Assembly: GCF_000284115.1 (NCBI RefSeq)
Contig: NC_017080.1
Location: 2,610,001 to 2,642,000, forward strand
Origin: Phycisphaera mikurensis NBRC 102666
Lineage (GTDB): Bacteria > Planctomycetota > Phycisphaerae > Phycisphaerales > Phycisphaeraceae
Direction of reading: 5' to 3'
DNA length: 32,000 nucleotides
The position numbers and the translations under genes are program-made. Every line of letters starts with the position of its first letter. Position 1 is the stretch's first letter. This document shows, piece after piece, positions 25,698-32,000 of this stretch. Below the pieces are notes generated by a model. That model did no database searches and had not been told where the DNA came from. It saw only the letters and a list, made by a program, of their open reading frames with translations.

Positions 25698-26186
25698 TCA
25701 GCCGTCTGGAGGCCGCGGTCCGCGGGCCAGGCCGGCCAGGGCTTCGCCATCGAGGCGGTGGGTCGTCCACCCGGATTGGGGCACCGATCGCAGCGTCTCG
25801 TAGAAGTCGATCGCGGGCCGGTTCCAGTCCAGGACCGCCCACTCCAGCCGGGCGCAGCCACGCTGCACGGCCTTCCGGGCGACGGCGGCGATAAGGGCCC
25901 GCCCGTGGCCGCGACCGCGGGCGGCGGGGCTGACGAAGAGGTCCTCGAGGTGCAGGCCGGGCTTGCCCGTCCACGTGCTGAAGCTGCGGTAGAAGAGCGC
26001 GAAGCCGACGGGGCGGCCCGCTTCCTCGGCGAGGAGCACCTCCGCGCACGGCTCGGGACCGAAAAGGTTCTCGCCGAACTCGTGCGGGTCGAAGGCCACC
26101 GACTCGGACTCGCGCTCGTACGCGGCGAGCGCGTGGATGAAGCCGAAGATGGCGTCGAGGTCTCCGGGCCGGGCGTCGCGGATCAT
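25698..26186 (-). CDS. GNAT-family N-acetyltransferase (diamine/spermidine acetyltransferase-like)
   Basis: ATG at 26184-26186, 162 aa. Supporting segments are 'MIRDARPGDLDAIFGFIHALAAYE', the acetyl-CoA motif 'LEDLFVSPAARGRGHGRALI' and 'RLEWAVLDWNRPAIDFYE'. Confidence 0.82.
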   Translation of the reverse strand: MIRDARPGDLDAIFGFIHALAAYERESESVAFDPHEFGENLFGPEPCAEVLLAEEAGRPVGFALFYRSFSTWTGKPGLHLEDLFVSPAARGRGHGRALIAAVARKAVQRGCARLEWAVLDWNRPAIDFYETLRSVPQSGWTTHRLDGEALAGLARGPRPPDG

Positions 26187-26372
26187 GGCGAGGTTGTATC
26201 CCGACGCCGCGCCGCGACGGGCTCCCGAAGGCCAGCCGGAGGGTGGACTCAAGACAGATCAAGGCGCCAGCACCCCTCCCGGTCGGGACCGCACCCGGCC
26301 CGGGCCGGGTGCGGGGAGGAGGCCGCGGCTTGCGCGACCCCTCGCCGCGGGAGCCAGCTACGCTGGCGGCTT

Positions 26373-27578
26373 ATGAAGCTTCACGAGTATCAGGCGCGTC
26401 AACTCCTTCAAGACCACGGCGTCGCTGTGCCCCCCGCGGAGGTCATCGGCTCGGCCGAAGAAGCCGCGGCGGCGTTCGAGAAGCTTGCCCCCGCGGGCGG
26501 GGGGCTCTGCGTCGTCAAGGCCCAGGTGCACGCGGGCGGCCGCGGCAAAGGCGGCGGCGTCAAGCTCGTGCGGAGCGCCGGGGAGGCCACCGAGGCGGCG
26601 GAGACGATCCTCAGCAAGCCGCTCGTGACGCCGCAGACCGGCCCCGAGGGCGTCGAGGTCGCCAAGCTGCTCGTCGCCGCGGGCGTCGACATCGCCAAGG
26701 AGTACTACCTGGGCGTCGTCGTCGACCGCGCACGCGGCTGCCCGGTGATCATCGCCTCGGCCGAGGGCGGCGTCGAGATCGAGGAGGTCGCCCAGAGCAA
26801 CCCCGACGCGATCCTCAAGGAGCCGGTCGACCCCTCCGCCGGCCTGCTGCCGTACCAGGCGACGAAGCTCGCCTTCGCGCTGGGCCTCGAGAAGAGCCTC
26901 GTCAAGCAGTTCAAGGGGATCCTCGCCGGGCTGGTCAGAGCCTTCCTCGCGAGCGACGGCTCGCTGGTGGAGATCAACCCGCTGGTGGTGACGCCGCCCA
27001 GCGAAGACCACCCCGACGGGCAGATGCTCGCGATCGACGCCAAGGCGGACCTCGACGACAACGCCCGCTTCCGCCAGAAGAAGATCGCCGAGACGCTCGA
27101 CGAGAGCGAGACGCCCCAGAGCGAGACGAGAGCCGCCGAGCACGGCCTCAGCTACATCCAGCTCGACGGCTCGATCGGCTGCCTCGTGAACGGGGCCGGC
27201 CTGGCGATGGCGACGATGGACATCATCAAGCTGCACGGCGCCGAGCCGGCGAACTTCCTGGACGTCGGCGGCTCCGCCAGCCAGGAAGCCGTGACCGAGG
27301 CCTTCCGCATCATCCTCTCCGACCCGTCGGTGCGTGGCATCCTCGTCAACATCTTCGGCGGCATCGCCAAGTGCGACACCATCGCCAAGGCGATCGTCGC
27401 CGCGGCGCAGGAGATCGGATTCGAGGTGCCGCTGGTGGTGCGGCTGGAGGGCACCAACGTCGAGCCGGCGCGGAAGATCCTCGAGGAAGCCAAGTCGTCG
27501 ATCCCCACGATGATCGTTGGCGACCACCTGACCGACGCGGCGGAGAAGATCACGTCGGCGGTGCGCGCCGCGGCGTGA
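26373..27578 (+). CDS. sucC: Succinate--CoA ligase (ADP-forming) beta subunit
   Basis: ATG at 26373, 401 aa. Supporting segments are '[20 protein letters not shown]', '[19 protein letters not shown]', '[16 protein letters not shown]' and 'NFLDVGGSA...VNIFGGI'. Confidence 0.96.
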   Translation: MKLHEYQARQLLQDHGVAVPPAEVIGSAEEAAAAFEKLAPAGGGLCVVKAQVHAGGRGKGGGVKLVRSAGEATEAAETILSKPLVTPQTGPEGVEVAKLLVAAGVDIAKEYYLGVVVDRARGCPVIIASAEGGVEIEEVAQSNPDAILKEPVDPSAGLLPYQATKLAFALGLEKSLVKQFKGILAGLVRAFLASDGSLVEINPLVVTPPSEDHPDGQMLAIDAKADLDDNARFRQKKIAETLDESETPQSETRAAEHGLSYIQLDGSIGCLVNGAGLAMATMDIIKLHGAEPANFLDVGGSASQEAVTEAFRIILSDPSVRGILVNIFGGIAKCDTIAKAIVAAAQEIGFEVPLVVRLEGTNVEPARKILEEAKSSIPTMIVGDHLTDAAEKITSAVRAAA

Positions 27579-27586
27579 GGCGGGCG

Positions 27587-27626
27587 GGGGGAAGCGAAGA
27601 AGCGAAGAAGCGAAGAAGCGAGGCAA
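27587..27626 (+). repeat. Octamer tract (CGAAGAAG: 3 perfect units plus degenerate flanking units) filling the sucC/gpsA convergent spacer
   Basis: The sequence is GGGGGAAG CGAAGAAG CGAAGAAG CGAAGAAG CGAGGCAA, with perfect units at 27595-27618. It is the same octamer as in 4629-5200. The whole spacer between the sucC stop (27578) and the gpsA stop (27634) is only 55 bp. Confidence 0.9.
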
Positions 27627-27633
27627 CCAGCGT

Positions 27634-28656
27634 TCACCGCTGCTGCTCCGACTCCGGCCTCGCCTCCCGCGTCATGAGACGCGCCACGCCGTCGCGCGGC
27701 GAGAGGCCCTCGAAGAGCACGGCGTGCACGGCGCCGGTGATGGGCATGTCGACCCCGTGGCGGGCGGCGAGGACACGGGCGGCGCGGCAGGTGGGCACCC
27801 CCTCGACGACGCCGTGGCTGCCGGCGATGACCCCGTCCAGGGACTGTCCCCGGCCCAGCGCCTCGCCGCAGCTGCGGTTGCGGCCGCTGGGGGAGAAGCA
27901 GGTGGTGGCGAGGTCGCCGACGCCGGTGAGCCCGGCGAAGGTCTCGGCGCTGGCACCCATGGCGACGCCGAGCCGCGAGATCTCCGCGAGGCCGCGCGCA
28001 AGCAGCGCCGACTTGGCGTTGGCCCCCAGGCCGAGGCCGTCGATGATGCCGGCGGCGATGGCGACGACGTTCTTGAGCGCTCCGGCGAGCTCGACGCCGA
28101 GCAGGTCGGGGTTGGTGTAGACGCGGAACCAGTCCGCGTGGAACGCGGCCTGCAGACCGGCGGCCACCTTGGCGTCGCGGCACGCGGCGGCGGCGGTGGC
28201 GGGGAGCTTCCGGGCCAGCTCCTCGGCGATGGTCGGGCCCGACAGGCTCGCGTATGCCCGGGCGTCGGGGCCGCCGAGGGTGTCGGCGAGGACGCCCGTG
28301 GGGGAGAGCAGCGTCTCCCGCTCGATGCCCTTCGCGACGGAGACCACGGGCACGCCGGCGGGGACGAGCGGGGCGAAGGTCCCGAAGACCGAGCGGATCT
28401 GCTGCGTGGGGATCGAGGCGAGGACGAGGTCGCACCCATCGAGGGCTTCCACCGGGTCGGTCGCGAGAGCGAGAGCCGCCGGCAGCGGGTGGCCGGGGAG
28501 GTACTTGTGGTTCTCCCGGTGCCTCCGCATCAGGTCGATCTGCCCGGCGTCGCGGCCCCAGAGCGTCGCGGCGCGGCCGTTGTCGACCAGGAGCGAGGCC
28601 ATGACCGTGGCCATCGCCCCGCTGCCGATCACCGCGACCCGCTGGAATCCGCTCAT
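27634..28656 (-). CDS. gpsA: NAD(P)H-dependent glycerol-3-phosphate dehydrogenase
   Basis: ATG at 28654-28656, 340 aa. Supporting segments are '[18 protein letters not shown]' (Rossmann fold), '[12 protein letters not shown]', 'VSVAKGIE', 'GPTIAEELA' and '[30 protein letters not shown]'. Confidence 0.94.
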   Translation of the reverse strand: MSGFQRVAVIGSGAMATVMASLLVDNGRAATLWGRDAGQIDLMRRHRENHKYLPGHPLPAALALATDPVEALDGCDLVLASIPTQQIRSVFGTFAPLVPAGVPVVSVAKGIERETLLSPTGVLADTLGGPDARAYASLSGPTIAEELARKLPATAAAACRDAKVAAGLQAAFHADWFRVYTNPDLLGVELAGALKNVVAIAAGIIDGLGLGANAKSALLARGLAEISRLGVAMGASAETFAGLTGVGDLATTCFSPSGRNRSCGEALGRGQSLDGVIAGSHGVVEGVPTCRAARVLAARHGVDMPITGAVHAVLFEGLSPRDGVARLMTREARPESEQQR

Positions 28657-28791
28657 GGCCCGAGCGTACGGAGCCGCGGATGGCGGGCTCCGGAGCGGCG
28701 AAACCCCGGCGGTCCGCGGATCCGGGCAGAGCCGGGGGCTCGCTGGATCTTGCCGCGACCCCAAGCGGCCTCCGCAACGTTTACAGTCCCC

Positions 28792-28823
28792 GCCCCGTCC
28801 GCCGAAGCGGGCGGGGCTTTCTG
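28792..28823 (+). promoter_or_regulatory. Strong GC stem-loop followed by CTTTCT in the divergent gpsA/export-gene spacer (possible 5'-leader structure or attenuator)
   Basis: Positions 28792-28802 (GCCCCGTCCGC) pair with 28807-28817 (GCGGGCGGGGC) as an 11-bp stem with one G-U and a CGAA loop, followed by TTTCTGG. A TANNNT-type box TACAGT lies at 28782-28787, immediately upstream. Confidence 0.3.
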
Positions 28824-28949
28824 GCCGATGGTGCCTCCGGGCCCCGCTCCGGAGAGCTTTCCGGGCAACGCGCCACCCGCCGGCCCCCGCCGGTCCTCAC
28901 GACGGCCCAGCCGCGGCCCGACCCGATTTCCTCCCCGCCGGAGCGACTC

Positions 28950-30452
28950 TTGACTTCTCCCGATCGTCCGCGCGTCACCGCCGCCGCCCCCTCCCGCACC
29001 GCCACGCGCCTCGCGCTGACCCTGGCCGCCGGCTCCGCTGCGCTGCTGGCGGGTTGTGAGGCCGACTCCTACCTGGACCCGTCGGTGGTTGGACGCTGGG
29101 AGCCGACGCCGGTGACGATGCCGATCCTCTCGGAGCTGGACGTCATCGACACCGGCGACGACACGCTGCTGCCGGTGACGCCGGTGCGCCCGGCCGACCT
29201 CGAGCCGGACGTGCAGGAGTACACGCTGGGCTCGAGCGACGTGATCACCGTGACCATCTACGAGCTCATCGAGCCGGGGCGGGACTCGGTCTACACCCGC
29301 TCCATCGACGAGACCGGCTCAATCCGGCTGCCGATCGTCGGGACCGTGCGGGCCTCGGGCAGCTCGCCCTCGCAGCTGGAGAGCGCCGTCACGACGACGC
29401 TCGAACGCAAGGGCATCCTCCGCGACGCCCAGGTGAGCGTCGTCGTGAACCAGAGCGGCCAGAACCTGTTCCACATGGTCGGCACGCCGGGCATCGGGAA
29501 CACCCGCTTCGGCACCTACGCGATCCCCCAGCCGGACTACCGCCTGCTGGAGGCCGTCGCGGCCGCCGGCGGCGTGACCGACCGCACGAAGCACGTCTAC
29601 ATCATCCGCCAGACCGCGCTCACCCCCGGCGTGGCGGGCACGGGCGCCGTGGAAGATCCCGCCTCGGTCACCGCCCCGGCGACCAGCGACCCCGAGAGCC
29701 TTCTCGACGACCTGCTGCAGGGCGGCGAGGCTCCCGCGCCCGCCGAGGCCCCGCCCGCCGACGGCCGCCCGGCCCCGCCGGCGGGCATCGACGCCGGCCT
29801 CGGCGGCGACGGCGGCAGCCCGCAGTACGTCTACGTGGATGGTCAGTGGGTGGCCGCGGGGGCGGTCGGCCCCGACGGCCGCGTCGCCAATGCGCTCGCG
29901 GGCGAGACGCCGGAGGTCTCCGAGGAGCTCGAGGCGGAGCTGGGCCGGATGATCACCCAGCGGATCATCGAGGTCCCCTACGAGCGTCTGCTCGACGGCG
30001 ACACCCGCTTCAACGTGGTCGTGCGCCCTGGCGACATCATCCGCGTCCCCAACGAGAACGCCGGCTTCTGCTACTTCACCGGGCAGATCGCACGCGGTGG
30101 CGCGTACAACGTCCCCGGCGAGAACCGCCTGACGCTCAAGCAGGGCATCGCCGCCGCCGGCGGCCTGGGCCCGCTGGCCAACCCCAAGCGGGTGGACCTG
30201 GTGCGGCGGATCGGCGACGACACGGAGGCCACCATCCGCCTCGACGTCAAGGCCATCTACGACGCGACGCAGCCGGACATCTACCTGAAGGTCGAGGATC
30301 AGATCAACATCGGCACCTCCTTCTGGGCGGTCCCCCTGGCGATCGTCCGCAACGGCCTCCGCCTGACGTACGGCTTCGGCTTCATCGCGGACCGCAACTT
30401 CGGCAACGACATCTTCGGGGCTCCGCCCCGCGACGACGGCTTCCGCCGCTGA
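28950..30452 (+). CDS. Polysaccharide export lipoprotein (Wza-like: Poly_export + SLBB domains); start uncertain
   Basis: ORF 28680-30452. I chose TTG 28950, which gives a signal peptide ending in the lipobox 'ALLAGC'. The Poly_export-like segment reads 'YTLGSSDVITVTIYEL...IDETGSIRLPIVGTVRASGSSPSQLESAVTTTL'. The SLBB-like segment reads 'VVVRPGDIIRVP' and 'LTLKQGIAAAGGL'. The C-terminus is aromatic-rich. Confidence 0.8.
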   Translation: MTSPDRPRVTAAAPSRTATRLALTLAAGSAALLAGCEADSYLDPSVVGRWEPTPVTMPILSELDVIDTGDDTLLPVTPVRPADLEPDVQEYTLGSSDVITVTIYELIEPGRDSVYTRSIDETGSIRLPIVGTVRASGSSPSQLESAVTTTLERKGILRDAQVSVVVNQSGQNLFHMVGTPGIGNTRFGTYAIPQPDYRLLEAVAAAGGVTDRTKHVYIIRQTALTPGVAGTGAVEDPASVTAPATSDPESLLDDLLQGGEAPAPAEAPPADGRPAPPAGIDAGLGGDGGSPQYVYVDGQWVAAGAVGPDGRVANALAGETPEVSEELEAELGRMITQRIIEVPYERLLDGDTRFNVVVRPGDIIRVPNENAGFCYFTGQIARGGAYNVPGENRLTLKQGIAAAGGLGPLANPKRVDLVRRIGDDTEATIRLDVKAIYDATQPDIYLKVEDQINIGTSFWAVPLAIVRNGLRLTYGFGFIADRNFGNDIFGAPPRDDGFRR

Positions 30453-30542
30453 CCGCGGCGGCGGCGCCCGAGCGGGCGTCACCGCCGGCGGATCCCCAAC
30501 CGCGGCCGCAACGGGCCCGTGACCCCGGTCGCGGGCCCGTGA

Positions 30543-32000
<1,458 letters not shown>

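Noticed and set aside
22830-25894. ORFs 22830-25658(-), 942 aa, and 23228-25894(+), 888 aa
   Set aside because: They are out of frame with, or antisense to, fusA, whose EF-G identity is certain. Their composition is low-complexity.

Overview
This is a very GC-rich bacterial chromosomal window; I did not compute the GC value. The gene content (exosortase, stand-alone EF-G, agarase-like hydrolase, flagellar cap gene) suggests a marine Planctomycetota/Phycisphaerae-like genome, but that is low-confidence inference. I support about 24 CDSs, mostly housekeeping. They are a PAS/HisKA_3 kinase with a NarL-type regulator, a DUF2892 membrane protein, guaA, hisC-hisB, a DegT-type aminotransferase, a DUF481-like outer-membrane protein, fliD, a UDG-family-4-like protein with a small HEAT lipoprotein, a clan GH-A-like secreted hydrolase, aspS, asnB, a secreted EEP nuclease/phosphatase, a microbial rhodopsin, fusA, a GNAT, sucC, gpsA, a Wza-like polysaccharide export lipoprotein, and an exosortase that runs off the right edge. 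The exosortase is absent from the ORF track because it has no stop codon in the window. I saw no rRNA, tRNA, CRISPR or transposase. Many long ORFs in the track are off-frame or antisense artefacts of the GC content. Main hunt results, in order of interest: (1) The rhodopsin at 21982-22929 looks like the Na+/Cl- pump (NDQ/NTQ) clade but has an N-T-T helix-C motif and lacks the helix-F proline. (2) The whole 570-bp guaA/hisB convergent spacer is repeat DNA: three ~140-bp tandem units plus 18 tandem octamers (CTTCYYCG) in inverted orientation. The same octamer fills the sucC/gpsA convergent spacer. (3) An ~80-bp dispersed repeat occurs at 1-80 and 23191-23270, the second copy inside a ~140-bp long-stem palindrome abutting the fusA stop. 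(4) fliD is an orphan gene and is about twice the usual length, built from 5-6 internal domain repeats. (5) There is a Wza-like/exosortase locus. (6) The UDG-like protein has both catalytic motifs substituted. (7) Several smaller regulatory and operon-structure oddities are listed below.
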